Numbered from the stretch's first letter, positions 1-11,371 are shown. The stretch: 64,000 bases of DNA from Perkinsela sp. CCAP 1560/9 (GCA_965644495.1 CBFFSA010000010.1:434001-498000), one strand, 5' to 3'. The notes: generated by a model from the letters alone, not told the origin. Translations and numbers: made by a program.

Positions 1-124
1 TGCACCTCATACAAATATATAATTTTCGCAAGGACTCCCTCCCCAATAGCTCCGCCAGACTTTCGGGGAAGGGGGCTTATCCTAGCTCCTCGGTTTGAGC
101 GACTTGGGTTTGTGGGTTCGCCTC

Positions 125-631
125 CTATCGGGGGCATACAAATGTATGTCTTGGACTGAGTCTCCGTCCCGGGCCGTAGTGTGGGGAGGGCTGGCGACGT
201 TGGGCGCGGTCGCAATGCCCTCCAAGATCGTCTCGCTGGCCAGTGGGGTGGCCCGCCCTTGGAGGGGGATTTCTATGGCGGCGTCCCGGGTTGGCTTCAA
301 TGTAGCCCCTGCGCAGGTTGCACTTGATTATATGGGCGGACCGTCCTGTTTCGCTGATGAGGGATTCGGAAGATAAGAAGCTCCATAAAATCCCGTCCTC
401 GTATTCCTTGGGCTTCCAAGCTACGGTTAGGATATCGAGAATTCCTATTTGTTTGCTGAGGAAGGCAGGGATAACATGTGCGGCTCCTATGCCCGGCGCT
501 AAGAGGCTGCCTTGGAATGTACCGTCGTACACTCGTATTGCTTTGGTGTCGATGTATCCTGTGCTGCCTGGTGGTAGGGTCAGGCGTACAGAGATCCTTT
601 GGGCGCATTTTGTTGTTGTTTTTTCATGCAC
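125..631 (-). mobile_element. N-terminal ORF of an SL-headed non-LTR retroelement, with a degenerate 2A-like motif (LRRGYIEANPGR); the element probably continues beyond the window start
   Basis: Lies downstream (minus strand) of the SL copy at 1224-1248 and the structured leader at 900-1223. About 65 aa align with the 5750-5960 copy, and similarity ends at NPG. Confidence 0.6.
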
Positions 632-721
632 TTATAGTGCAGAGATTTGCCTCACTACATGTCCTTACCCCGCATACGACGGGTGGATCACGTGAGAGTT
701 CGCCTTCGCCTGTGGCAAGAG

Positions 722-888
722 GGTGCAGAGAGCTGGCGTCCCAGGTGCAGAGAGCTCGGTTGTCATGTGCAGGTGCAGAGAGCCGGATGCGTAATCCCCA
801 TATTACAGTTTCGGGGGCAATCCGGGTGAAGAGAGCTGCGACAGAGCCGAGGTGCGGAGAGCTGGGTGACCGCCAGGTGCGGAGAGCC
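722..888 (-). repeat. Six irregularly spaced GCTCTC(T/C)GCACC motifs (one variant) in the retroelement 5' UTR
   Basis: GGTGC(A/G)GAGAGC on the + strand at about 722, 744, 772, 826 (variant), 851 and 876. Confidence 0.75.
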
Positions 889-899
889 GGAAGTCGTAG

Positions 900-1223
900 C
901 GAAGGACACGTCTAGTGGTCCTCAAGGGAGGCCACCGTGACGCATTGCCTCCTCGGAAAGGTAGACACGAGAAAGAAAAGCCGAGAGAGGGAAGCACACT
1001 CACTCCAGGAGAGTGAGTCGGGGAGGGGCGAAGGGTGAAAGGCGCGTCCCCTGCTTCAACGAAAAGAGGGACAGTCCCGACCTTAGTGCCGGGGAGGGGT
1101 GATGGGGTAGAAGCGCGTCCCCTACTTCGCCGAGAAAGAGGAACAGTTTCAGCCTTAGTGCCGGCCGGCAACGGGCATATGAACAGTTAGACTATGCCCG
1201 TTGCCGGGGAAAGAAAGGATGAA
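900..1223 (-). ncRNA. Structured SL-adjacent leader RNA, copy 1
   Basis: Perfect 15-bp inverted repeat at 1165-1179/1193-1207. Blocks shared with 38511-38760 (GGGACTGTCCCTCTTT, GAAGTAGGGGAC, GGTGGCCTCCCTTGAGGACCACT). Confidence 0.7.
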
Positions 1224-1260
1224 CAACAAGGTACAGAAACTGTATCTTGTACAGAAACTC
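1224..1260 (-). ncRNA. Spliced-leader exon remnant (3' 25 nt), preceded by a partial duplicate of the core (AGTTTCTGTAC)
   Basis: The reverse complement of 1224-1248 is AAGATACAGTTTCTGTACCTTGTTG, matching the kinetoplastid/diplonemid SL core CAGTTTCTGTA...TTG. Confidence 0.8.
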
Positions 1261-3740
1261 TCCCGATCTGTAATGTGGGTCACTTCCCCAGATGTGTCCT
1301 TGAGGAGTAGGCTCTCGTCGGGCACCCCAATGGTATACCCCACGATCCCCAGGATGTCTGAAAAGGAGGTTGAAGCTTCGCAAGGAACTCGAATTCGTCC
1401 GGCCCGTTCGGGGCCAAGGTCTAGGGTAATGAGTATACCTTCGCCCCGTAATCCAGGGGGCTGCCCTCCTCGGGCGCGTAAATTGGCGCGAAGCTATGCG
1501 GGTGTGATCCTGGATCTGGTCCCGGTGTAGGGTTAAAGTGGAAGGCAGGGGTGTGGAAGTGGTGCTGTGGAGGTAGAGAAGTGGTGCTGTGGAGGCCATG
1601 GAGGATTTGCTTCGAGAGTGGGGAATCCTGCTGTAGGGAGTTGCGCTGCCACGAAGAAACATTCTTTGAAGAGGCTCAGGAACTCCGACCAGCCTTCTCG
1701 TTTGAGGGCGTAGGCGCCCCGGGCATGACTTCCCAAAAGTTCGTACAATGCTTTCCGAGTGCGCTTCGGGGCGTGTACGTTTAGGATGTGGGCCTGCAGG
1801 CCTATGAGGTGTTGATGTGCGGCTCCCCAGAATGTCTGAAAAAGAGGTTAATGCGTCACATGCAGACCAGTTGGGTAGCCGTTGGGGCTTTCCCTAACGC
1901 GGCCTCACAGAGGTTGCGTGGGGCTGCTCGTTGGCTTACATGCCCTGGGGTCGGCCCTGTAGGGCGTTCTTCACCTTGGCCTGCATGCCCTCGGCCTTGT
2001 GCTCGAAGGGGATGGTCCCCAGGAAATCTGCCGTCAAGAGGTGATTGGAAAACGGTATTTTTCCCAAGGAGTCCATCCCCCGGAGCAATGCCTCAGCACA
2101 TGCCAGGACGGCTGTGCCGACTTGGGCATCGGCCACTTTAGTGACCCGGGGCTCGTGGGTCCTTACGATGTAGTTCCATCGAGGACTCCCACAGAGTCTT
2201 AAGAGGGGCAAGATACACTGCCAGCTACTGTCCTTAAGTTTCCCCAAGAAGGAGATTACCTTCGGCGCCTTGGAGAGCACCCATTCTTCTTCCCTAGCCT
2301 AACCTAGCCTCCCTAGCCTAGGGCTTCCGCGCATACCTTGGGTTCACCCGCGAAGGTGACGCCGTCCAGGTACGCCCAGACCTTCAGCGTGCCTGTGAAG
2401 TTGGCCGCCACTCTGGCAATTGCCCCCTGGATCCCTATGGCAAATAGGATGGGAGCCATGGGGTCACCTTGCTTGACCCCACTTGAGTTCGTGATGGATT
2501 GGCCTTCCCCAAGGTGAAGCGTACGTGTAGTACCGTAGCTGAAGAGGGTGATGCCCTCAATGCGGAAAAGTTTCGGATCCCCCCTTACCGCCCTAAAAAT
2601 TGCCGACCGTGAGATGCTATTAAAAGCGTTCTCGAGGTCTGCCGCCACGATGACCTCCTTCGGCCTGTCCCTGAAGTGCTGTCGCACATTATAAATTATG
2701 TGCTCACACCCCTGCGTGTATTGGGCTCCAAACTGGATGCCCTGAAAGCAAGTGGGGAGATGTTCCCGGATTTTCTCCAGGCAAGGAGCCCCGCCACCTT
2801 GAGGACGCACTCTCCCATGGCGATGGGCCTGTAGGAAGAGTGGTGCCCCGCCGGGGAGTCCGGTTTGGTGAATAGTTTTAGGGACGCCCCCGTGAGCCGT
2901 TCCCTCATTGAGGGGAGTAGGGAGTTTGTCATAATCCCGTGGATTATCCACGTGATACAGTCGCAGGGTCCACCTTCCATGAGGACTGGGACAAGCAGTT
3001 CCTTGGTCCATCCCGTAGGTCCGGGGGGCGCGGATAGGGGCCAGGCTTGGGGCCTTCCTGGCCACATCGGCGGGGGAGGGTAGGGTTCCGTGTCGGTCCC
3101 TATTGTACCTGAATTTCCCCGCAATGTAGGGCCCGCCTGTGGGATGTAGTCGCTTAGCCTGTTCTAGGGCCGCCGTGGGATTGGCCGGTGGATTGAGGGG
3201 CGCCTCCATCGTTTTGGCCGTCCTAGAGAAGCAACCCGCCCTGCACAATTCCTCCACCCGTTTTTTGACGGACCACGGGGGGCCGTTGGCCTGACTCGGG
3301 GATGGAGCCAAGGTCTTCGAACTTATTCAGAGTTCGCGTGCTAGCTGTCGTTGCAACTCCGCCTATCCTCAGGGAGGTGTAGGAAACGTTTTACGGCTAA
3401 AAGGAGGTTCCAGGCCATCTCAACTTTGTCCCCCCCTGACTTATTGAGAAAGTCATGACATACACTGGCAGTGTATTCCTTCCATGCCGGGCATTGGACC
3501 GCGTAAAGTTTACTCGGGGACCCCCTCCCAAGAAGCTCCGCTAAGCTCTCGGAGGAGGGGGCTTGCCCACGCTTCTCAATTGGAGCGCCCTGGGCTATTG
3601 GGGTGGTTTGCTGGCCTTCTGTAATGCGAGATGATTCCACCATCACCGATGACCCCTTATCTAATGTCGTCCGTTGGGGAGTGCCGGTGACATTTGCTTC
3701 CGCCGCGATGGCTGGCTTCCGGCATACCCCCCCAGAGCAG
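1261..3740 (-). mobile_element. Degenerate, 5'-truncated CRE/SLACS/CZAR-like non-LTR retrotransposon (RT plus probable RLE remnant)
   Basis: RT motifs YRPIAMGE, QFG, AADLENAFNSISR, GVKQGDPMAPILF and AYLDG (YLDD decayed) are split over frameshifted ORFs 2313-3311 and 2696-3124. LLRLCGSPRWNYIVRTH follows in 1936-2280. The 3' end abuts the SL remnant. Confidence 0.85.
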
Positions 3741-4161
3741 GGGATGTAGGATTAGGGCCCGGTAAAGAGTTGTTGAATATCAGGACAGCGTGGATAGTAT
3801 ATGCATATGTGATATGATACCACAGACAGTGCGCTCCTCTGGACAAAGAAATCATGTAAAACGTTTTTTATAAATATGACCTGATTGGATGAAGCGTCAT
3901 AAAGGAGTGCCTTCCGTTAGGAGTTCGATGAATGCGCAGTTTTATGTCAATCGTGGTAGCACTGGTAGAAGAGTTTGGGCATGCTGCCCCATGGATCCCC
4001 TCACTTTAGATAGTCTTTAAAACATTTTTGGGAGATTTTGGGATTAATCGAGTCCATGGCCTTTTCAACAAAATGATAATAAGAGGGGTAGTATACAGTC
4101 TCAATGTACTATATACAAATGCATATATCAAAAATGCAGGACTCTTGTAAATGTTTACTCC

Positions 4162-5016
4162 ATGTATTCAGTAACGTCAGCTGACGACGCACCTACTCGA
4201 AATGGGGCAACGGTATCACTGCCAGGTTCCGTGTCATCACAATCTACATCACGAGCGCCGGGTAGAATTCGCGGTGCCGCATTACCACAAGAATACGATT
4301 TAGCTCGTTTTGTTAAAAATCTGGAAGGTCTGCATCCCACATGGTGTACAAACGTAACAGCATGCAAGTGGTCGGGTGTGACGTGCAATGAGATGGATGA
4401 AGTCACAGCATTAGACTGGACCAATTCAGATTATGTTCCAAAAGTGTATCCAACACGCGGCTTGGTTGTTTGGAAGTATCTTCCATTGACTCTCATCGAC
4501 CTGCATCTGGATAATGATGACTTGACAGGCGAGGTTGAATTTCGTTGTCTTCCGCAATCTTTAAAGTTATGCAATCTTAGTTCTAATCGTTTTTTTGGCA
4601 GGTTTGATCCACAATTTTTGCCTCCTCTCATTGAGAAGCTTTACTTAAACCAAAACGATTTTACCGGGCAGATCAACCTCACAAAGTTGCCTCCTAATTT
4701 AACCGACATGTGGTTGGAACATAATAAGTTTGATGGGACAATAGATTTGTGCCATCTACCATTGAATTTACGAGTCTTGGACGTTTCGAACAACCATTTT
4801 AGTGGGAAACTTGATTTTCGTAATCTTCCGGACTTTTTTGTTGAACTCTATGCACAAGACAATAATTTCGAACTTTTGGTTAACGCGGAGTGCTGGGTAA
4901 AAAATGCGGCGTACTGTCGCTTAGATAACAATCCTAATTTGCGTGGTCGCGTGATGCAAGTTGGTCTTGAAAAAAGATGCTTTAACACAATAGATACATT
5001 GATAGAATTCGTGTAG
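4162..5016 (+). CDS. 23-aa LRR family protein
   Basis: GRIRGAALPQEYDL motif, ACKWSGVTC cap and LxxLxLxxNxFxGxIDLxxLPxx repeats. Confidence 0.92.
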   Translation: MYSVTSADDAPTRNGATVSLPGSVSSQSTSRAPGRIRGAALPQEYDLARFVKNLEGLHPTWCTNVTACKWSGVTCNEMDEVTALDWTNSDYVPKVYPTRGLVVWKYLPLTLIDLHLDNDDLTGEVEFRCLPQSLKLCNLSSNRFFGRFDPQFLPPLIEKLYLNQNDFTGQINLTKLPPNLTDMWLEHNKFDGTIDLCHLPLNLRVLDVSNNHFSGKLDFRNLPDFFVELYAQDNNFELLVNAECWVKNAAYCRLDNNPNLRGRVMQVGLEKRCFNTIDTLIEFV

Positions 5017-5379
5017 GCTACTTACGCATAAGTTATGTAAGCTTGTGTTAGTAATGTATGATTATACACATGTAAATATAACTGCAATATAAATAATTCG
5101 CGAATTGTAGGATAATTTTTTTCTTCGTACACAAAGAAAATAAGTTTGAAAGCGGGTACAATATACATGTATGTATACATACACATGTATGTACTTACAT
5201 ATAGTTATCTGCTCCCAAATTTCTCTGGGGTCGATCAAAGATGCAAGTGGTAAAGATGCTAATGGTAATCATACATACGTATATGTAAAGTATACAAGCA
5301 CAACATAGGTCAAAACAGAGTATTTTCTGCTATTTCTCCTTTCTTTTTGATGCATGTCTCCCATCTGATATTTCTCGTT

Positions 5380-6881
5380 CTCTTCGCCATCTGGGTGATG
5401 CAGGCCCGTCACGTCGAGCGTCCTGGAGTTGCAAATCCGCAGATCACTTTTAACGCGAAATGGACGTACTCTCGGGACCGTTTCTTGGATGGAGATCGTC
5501 ACATGATGGTATGATGTGTGTACATGATGTATGCAGATTGTATCCAGCGTAATCCTCGCTGGCATCAAGCATGACTCCCCCATGGGAAGGGGATGTGCGA
5601 TTAGGGTTCGGAGTGTAATATTCGTAGGGTAGCGGGGTGGGGGTATCCTCGAAGTGTATGCTCGTCTGGCTCGTCTGTCCCGTTGTGTTCACGAGGTTAT
5701 TATCATCGGGACAGGAGGATTTGGATGGGGTATACTTACGTTTTCCGCGACCTGGTCCCGGGTTGGCCTCGATGCACCCTCTGTGGAGCTTACACCGCAC
5801 GCACTCGGCCGACCATTCCGAGTCGGCTATCAGACCCTCCGTCGTTGTGAAGCTCCAGCATGCCATTCCGTCCTCCCACACGGACGGGGTCCAGGCTCCT
5901 GCGAAGCACTGAGCTATACCCAGGGCGTTACAAAGGAAGAAGGGGATGTGTTCATCTGGGAGATCGGATGGCGTCTCTATACTGGCCCCTGCTTCCGATC
6001 CGACGAATACGTTGCCGTGGGGTCCATGGGAGGGGCCGTGGTTTCGGGTTAGGAGAGAGGACCAAATGCACCCTGCCTTTACCAGGTCCTCATCGGTCTC
6101 CGGGTACGGCCTTCCAGTTCGTGGGTCAGGCTTCTGCCGTTGGGAGGGAACCCCAAAGTGAAACCTAATGCTTGTACGAGCCCTTGTAAGGGGTTGTAAA
6201 GGGTGCAGGGATGGGGACCTAGATGAGTCCGGCTAACTGGGGTCCGAGAAGTAAGTTGACCCTAGTCCAATTGTCTTCGGGGAGTTGCATCGAAGATGGG
6301 GGTTGGTGTCCGCCTTGCTGGTGGGGAGGGTCCGCCTTGCTTGAAGTGGGTCCTTAGTACTGGGATGAGTAAGGTCCTCTAGTGGCGTCTGTTAGGGTGT
6401 TTGTGAGGGCAGGAGGTTCGTCGGCACAGGAAGGGAGAAGGGGAGGCTCGTCCATCTCCAAATTTCGCGTTTCCGTGGGGCCTGGAGAGGGGCCAGGGGA
6501 AGTGCGTTTAGGTCCTGGAGTTCTTGATGGAGATGGCCGTAAAGGTCGGCGGCGGAGGCCCATTGATGTTCCGCAATTATCATAGCTCCCTGCCGGTGCT
6601 CTGAAGAAATACCGGATACCATCGCTTGGGACCCAAAGCAGGGTCGCACTGGATGTGTCGCAGCTCCTTGGCTGCAATAACTAGGGGTACGCCTTGCAGG
6701 CGTTCTTCGTCTTTACATGCATGTCCTCGGCCTTGTTCTCGAATGGGGTGATCCCCAGGAGATTCTCCCGTGAAAAGATAATTTGAGAACAGTGTTCAAC
6801 ACATTTGTCCAAGAGGCTCATGCCTCCGAGAAAGCCTTTAGCACATGCTAGGACGGCTGTGTTCGACATGGGTGCATGCAT
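5380..6881 (-). mobile_element. Rearranged retroelement remnant: a CRE-like post-RT segment (6681-6881) joined to an N-terminal region with an intact 2A-like motif (LHRGCIEANPGP, 5753-5788)
   Basis: 6681-6881 aligns with ORF 1936-2280 (TAVLACA...LG..PFE.KAE.M..K.KNA). 5750-5960 aligns with ORF 125-631. Confidence 0.75.
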
Positions 6882-7078
6882 GCTCCCTCTTCTTCGCGGA
6901 ACTGATGATGCGATCAGTAGCTACGACCAGCTTTCCCCGATTCTCAAGAGCGTTCTGGCCGATTCTATTGCTTGGAGATCGAAAGTAGTTTTTTTTCACT
7001 ATTTAAGAGTGTAGTGAACAAAATAATAAAAAAAACCATTTCGTGTGAGCTTTTCCAAGCTTTTGCAAAGCACCACAA

Positions 7079-7128
7079 AGCTTGCGAAATGATCCTGCTT
7101 TGAAAAAAGCAGCATCATTTCGCAAGCT
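7079..7128. repeat. Near-perfect 23-bp inverted repeat upstream of the Prp43 gene
   Basis: AGCTTGCGAAATGATCCTGCTTT ... AAAGCAGCATCATTTCGCAAGCT, with one mismatch. Confidence 0.7.
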
Positions 7129-7255
7129 CGTTTTTACACTATCTTAGGTTAACTGTGTACACCCTTCGTCGTACAAGTATCCACTACGGGATAAACGGAA
7201 TCAAACTTTTTTCTAGCTTTGCAGACCTCTGGAATAGATTTCCCACCCCCTCCTC

Positions 7256-9709
7256 ATGGCCGCCCCACTTCCCCCCACCTCCCACTCCCGAAAACGTCCC
7301 TCCCCCCAGGACCCATCCCCCCCTCCCCCTTCTTACAACCCCCTCACCGGGCTCCCCTTCTCTCCACGATACCACACCCTTCTCCCCTCCCGACGCGCTC
7401 TCCCGGTCTATGGCCATAAATCCGATTTCTTAGAGTTAATCCAAAACCATTCGGTTCTGATTCTACTCGGGGAAACCGGAAGTGGCAAGACCACGCAAGT
7501 CCCCGCGATGTTACTGGAGCTGGAGAGCGAGAAGGGGAAGAATACAATAAATAAAGATTTAAGGAATCATAGTACAAAAATGAAAGTCGCGTGTACCCAA
7601 CCCCGACGTGTGGCCGCGATGTCGATTGCGGAACGTGTCGCGCAGGAGTGTGATGTGAGGCTCGGGCAGCAGGTGGGGTATTCGATCCGGTTCGAGGATA
7701 AAACCTCCAGCTGTACGCGGTTAACCTATTTAACCGATGGTATGCTGCTTCGGGAGGCTATGGGCGACCCGAGACTGGAAAAATACGACGCCATTGTGCT
7801 GGATGAGGCCCATGAGCGAACGGTGCAAACCGATCTGTTGTTGGGGTTTTTAAAAAGGTTGTTGCCGGAACGACCGGAGCTGAAGGTGGTGATTATGTCT
7901 GCCACGTTGGAGAGTGAAAAATTTCAAGCGTTTTTTCCGCAAGCTCCGGTGTTGCGCATCCCCGGACGGGTGTATCCTGTCGAGGTTGTGTATACAAAAC
8001 AGACGGTACCGGATTACCTCGAAAGTGCGATTCATACGGTTGTAAAAATTCACCGAAGTGAACCTCCGGGAGACATTCTGCTGTTTCTTCCGGGGGAAGA
8101 AGAAATCGAGGATGCGTGTTTGCGGATTGAGGAAAGGATCGCATCGCTTCGCAGAAATCAAGGCAATGGGGCTACATTGGAGGCGTCAACATTTGAAAGA
8201 AACGATGTTGGTATTGAATCCGTAAAGTCGGAAGCCCCGAAATCTCCCATTCCCCCTCTACGGTGCATTCCTGCCTATGCCGCACTTCCTCCCCATGTTC
8301 TACAACGTATTTTCGACCCTGCACCCCCTGGGGGACGTAAAGTTGTGATTGCCACCAATATTGCCGAGACCTCCCTGACCATTGACGGGGTCGTCTACGT
8401 TGTAGACCCCGGCTTTAGCAAACAGAAAGTATTCAACCCCCGTACAAGGGTCGAGTCCTTGCTCGTGACTCCAATCAGCCAGGCCGCGTGTGATCAACGA
8501 AAAGGACGAGCCGGGCGAACGTGTCCGGGAAAATGTTATCGGCTGTTTCCCCTTTCCGCATTCGAGGAATTGGTCCCACAAACCTACCCGGAACTTCTTC
8601 GGGTGAATCTAAGCTCGGTTGTCCTCACCATGCTGCGTCTGGGCATCTCAAATTTAATCCAATTTGATTTTCTCGATGCTCCGGCGCCCGAAACGCTGAT
8701 GCACGCGCTGGAGGTGCTACACTTTATTGGGGCCATGGACGAGCACGGAGCCCTCACGGCTACGGGAAACCGTATGGCGGAGTTCCCTCTGGACCCCCAG
8801 CTCGCACGCAGCATTCTCGCAGGCTATTCCCGAGGCGTCGGACCGGAGATGTGCGCCATTGCCGCCATGCTGAACGCCCCAAGGGTACTGCTAGCCCCCC
8901 GGGATCGCAAAGCCGTCGCGGCTCAGGCCCACCAAACCTTCGCGGACCCCTCGGGGGACCATCTCCTGCTCATGAACGCCCTCCGCGGGTTCGTGGAGGC
9001 CAACCAAAGCGCCGACTGGGCCAAGGCGCACTTCTTAAACCTACGCGGTCTGCGTACCGCCCTCCACATCACCCAACAGCTCGAGAACACCGCTCGTCGC
9101 GTGTTGGCCCACAAACCGGCTCGACTCGCTCAACAGTCTCGATCCAGTTTTCTGGACAAAACTCTACTCGAGAGTCGTCCAACTCTAAACACAAAACAAA
9201 GTAACGCTGCTCCAGAAACCTTTTCGGGATCCCCGCGATCCCGTTCTGGAGATCTACGAGGGGATTACGACAAAAATACAAAAGATGTATTAGCAAAAAA
9301 CGGATCATTATCCCCTCTCCCCGGGGACACCCGCGAACGGGTGCTGCAATCCCTCCTCTGTGGCCACTTTATGAATGTGGCCCACAGCGTGGGGAAGCGC
9401 ACCTACCGGCTCGTCCGGGGCCAGACGGCGGTGGAGATCCACCCCGGGAGCGGGCTGCTGGCCCGGGGGGGGCCGCTGCCCGAGTTCGTGCTCTACCACG
9501 AGTACGTGTTCACCTCGCGGCACTACATCCGCACCGTGAGCGCGGTCAAGGGGCGCTGGGTCGTCGGCGCCTCCCCGGGGTACTTTGACCCGGGGGAGAT
9601 GCCCGAGGGGTACACCCAGCACGTGTTTCTGAAGCTCCAACGGGAGTTTTTGGGAAAGGGGGTGGGAGAGAACGGGGAGGGGGATTCGGAAGATTCCGAC
9701 GAGGGGTGA
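7256..9709 (+). CDS. PRP43: DEAH-box RNA helicase Prp43/DHX15
   Basis: Motifs GETGSGKTTQ, TQPRRVAA, DEAH, SAT, ATNIAETSLTI and QRKGRAGR. The N-terminal NPLTGLPFSPRY...RRALPVY is typical of Prp43. HA2/OB-type C-terminus, no introns. Confidence 0.93.
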   Translation: MAAPLPPTSHSRKRPSPQDPSPPPPSYNPLTGLPFSPRYHTLLPSRRALPVYGHKSDFLELIQNHSVLILLGETGSGKTTQVPAMLLELESEKGKNTINKDLRNHSTKMKVACTQPRRVAAMSIAERVAQECDVRLGQQVGYSIRFEDKTSSCTRLTYLTDGMLLREAMGDPRLEKYDAIVLDEAHERTVQTDLLLGFLKRLLPERPELKVVIMSATLESEKFQAFFPQAPVLRIPGRVYPVEVVYTKQTVPDYLESAIHTVVKIHRSEPPGDILLFLPGEEEIEDACLRIEERIASLRRNQGNGATLEASTFERNDVGIESVKSEAPKSPIPPLRCIPAYAALPPHVLQRIFDPAPPGGRKVVIATNIAETSLTIDGVVYVVDPGFSKQKVFNPRTRVESLLVTPISQAACDQRKGRAGRTCPGKCYRLFPLSAFEELVPQTYPELLRVNLSSVVLTMLRLGISNLIQFDFLDAPAPETLMHALEVLHFIGAMDEHGALTATGNRMAEFPLDPQLARSILAGYSRGVGPEMCAIAAMLNAPRVLLAPRDRKAVAAQAHQTFADPSGDHLLLMNALRGFVEANQSADWAKAHFLNLRGLRTALHITQQLENTARRVLAHKPARLAQQSRSSFLDKTLLESRPTLNTKQSNAAPETFSGSPRSRSGDLRGDYDKNTKDVLAKNGSLSPLPGDTRERVLQSLLCGHFMNVAHSVGKRTYRLVRGQTAVEIHPGSGLLARGGPLPEFVLYHEYVFTSRHYIRTVSAVKGRWVVGASPGYFDPGEMPEGYTQHVFLKLQREFLGKGVGENGEGDSEDSDEG

Positions 9710-10010
9710 GGGAAAATGGGGGAAAGCGGGTTTGGGGGGGAGGAAAAGCTTTCCCGAAACCTTTCCCCAACCCGGATTTAGGTTGTGGTGGGGAGAGAAA
9801 AGGGAGGAAAGGAGGTCATCTATGATGGGGAGAAGTAGAGGAGTTTTGGTAAAGTTTGAAAAGGAAAGAGTGGATAGCGATTCAAAATTGATTCAAAACA
9901 ATTTCGATTCAAAATTGTTAGAATAATCCTAGAAAATAGAATATGCAGGAATTGAATTACAACGACTAGAAATCATTTATTTGCAGCCCCTACTTCATTT
10001 TTCCTTGCGC

Positions 10011-10805
10011 ATGATTGTATCTACTCATTTGGCTGATATTTTATCGAATACTCGAAGGGGTAAGATACGCGGTGCGTCACTCCCTCAGGAATATGCACTG
10101 GAAAATTTTGTTCGCAATGTCACGAGGTACGACCACACTTGGAGCTCACAAACTCCGGCGTGTGAGTGGGCTCATGTTGTTTGCGGGGAGATGCATGTCG
10201 TGAAGGAGCTTTCCTGGGGACAATTGGGCCTGGAAGGCTATCCGCACTGGCCCTCACTTCCAGATACTATTGGGTATATGGCCGTTGGTCGTAACAAATT
10301 GGCTGGTGAGCTTGACTTTAGCAAATTCCCCTCTGGACTGCTACTTCTACATGCCCACAAAAATCAACTTTATGGAAATTTGCACTTACATTTTCTGCCT
10401 TCCGATTTGGAAAGACTGGATTTGGTCAAAAATCGTTTTGACGGTGACGTTGATTTAAGTTGTCTTCCTAAGAATCTACAATATTTGGACCTCGGTGGCA
10501 ACGCTTTGTCAGGTCTGATAGACCTAACACGTTTCCCCGAAGGAATCCTATTCGTAGGGCTGGATAAGAACACGTTTATCGGAACACCGGAACTGAGATT
10601 TTTGCCCAGTACCTTGCAAAGACTATATCTTCATGAGAATTTATTTGAGGGGCGAATCGAATTGGAATCCCTCCCTCAAACAATGCGTTGTTTGTGTCTA
10701 CAGGATAATTCCCTGTTGTCTGGCTCCATTAAGCGTGATCACCTTCCCGTTGGACTTCGTGGATACTGGTTTAACCGTGAGCACACTAATGTTGTTGTTC
10801 AGTAA
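10011..10805 (+). CDS. 23-aa LRR family protein (ATG at 10011; the ORF track starts at TTG 9981)
   Basis: RRGKIRGASLPQEYAL motif, ACEWAHVVC cap and about 7 LRRs. Confidence 0.92.
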   Translation: MIVSTHLADILSNTRRGKIRGASLPQEYALENFVRNVTRYDHTWSSQTPACEWAHVVCGEMHVVKELSWGQLGLEGYPHWPSLPDTIGYMAVGRNKLAGELDFSKFPSGLLLLHAHKNQLYGNLHLHFLPSDLERLDLVKNRFDGDVDLSCLPKNLQYLDLGGNALSGLIDLTRFPEGILFVGLDKNTFIGTPELRFLPSTLQRLYLHENLFEGRIELESLPQTMRCLCLQDNSLLSGSIKRDHLPVGLRGYWFNREHTNVVVQ

Positions 10806-11371
10806 ATTTGGGTCGATGCTCTCCCAATTATTCTATGAATTCCCCCGTTACAGAACCGTCTTTTTTGAATCTAATTAATGCAGGCGTGCGTGATACTTTT
10901 CTATGAAATAAAAATTGGTATTTACGAAATAGCGAAATTGTCTTTTCTCACGTGAAATCATGCTAAGCAAATTATACCCAACAAAATTATTTGTGTAACA
11001 AAAAACAGGAAAACAAAAATTTGTGAATTTCTTGTGCAACTTTTTCAAATATATAGATTTTATTTTATTTTTCTTTGCTCAAATCCTAAAATTTAAACTG
11101 TTTTTTAAACTAAACGAGGGTCGTGTTTAGCATATCTGTGAGCTCGTACCATACCGGAGGGTGTATGGTATCGTACGCAGGAACTATAGCATACTCCCCC
11201 TTGTTTTTAGCAGTTCCCCCTGGTTCTCTTCAGCAGTTCTGAATGGTTGTGACTAAATCCTTTTTTGATTGTGTTTAACTTTCTTTTCAAACGCAATATT
11301 CTATTAATACTTACCACACGTCCGAATATACACACACAGTACATTACTATTCATACCGAATTACCCTCATA

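Noticed and set aside
722-888. CRISPR-like repeat-spacer array
   Set aside because: The repeats are only ~12 nt with irregular short spacing, the context is eukaryotic and there are no cas genes.
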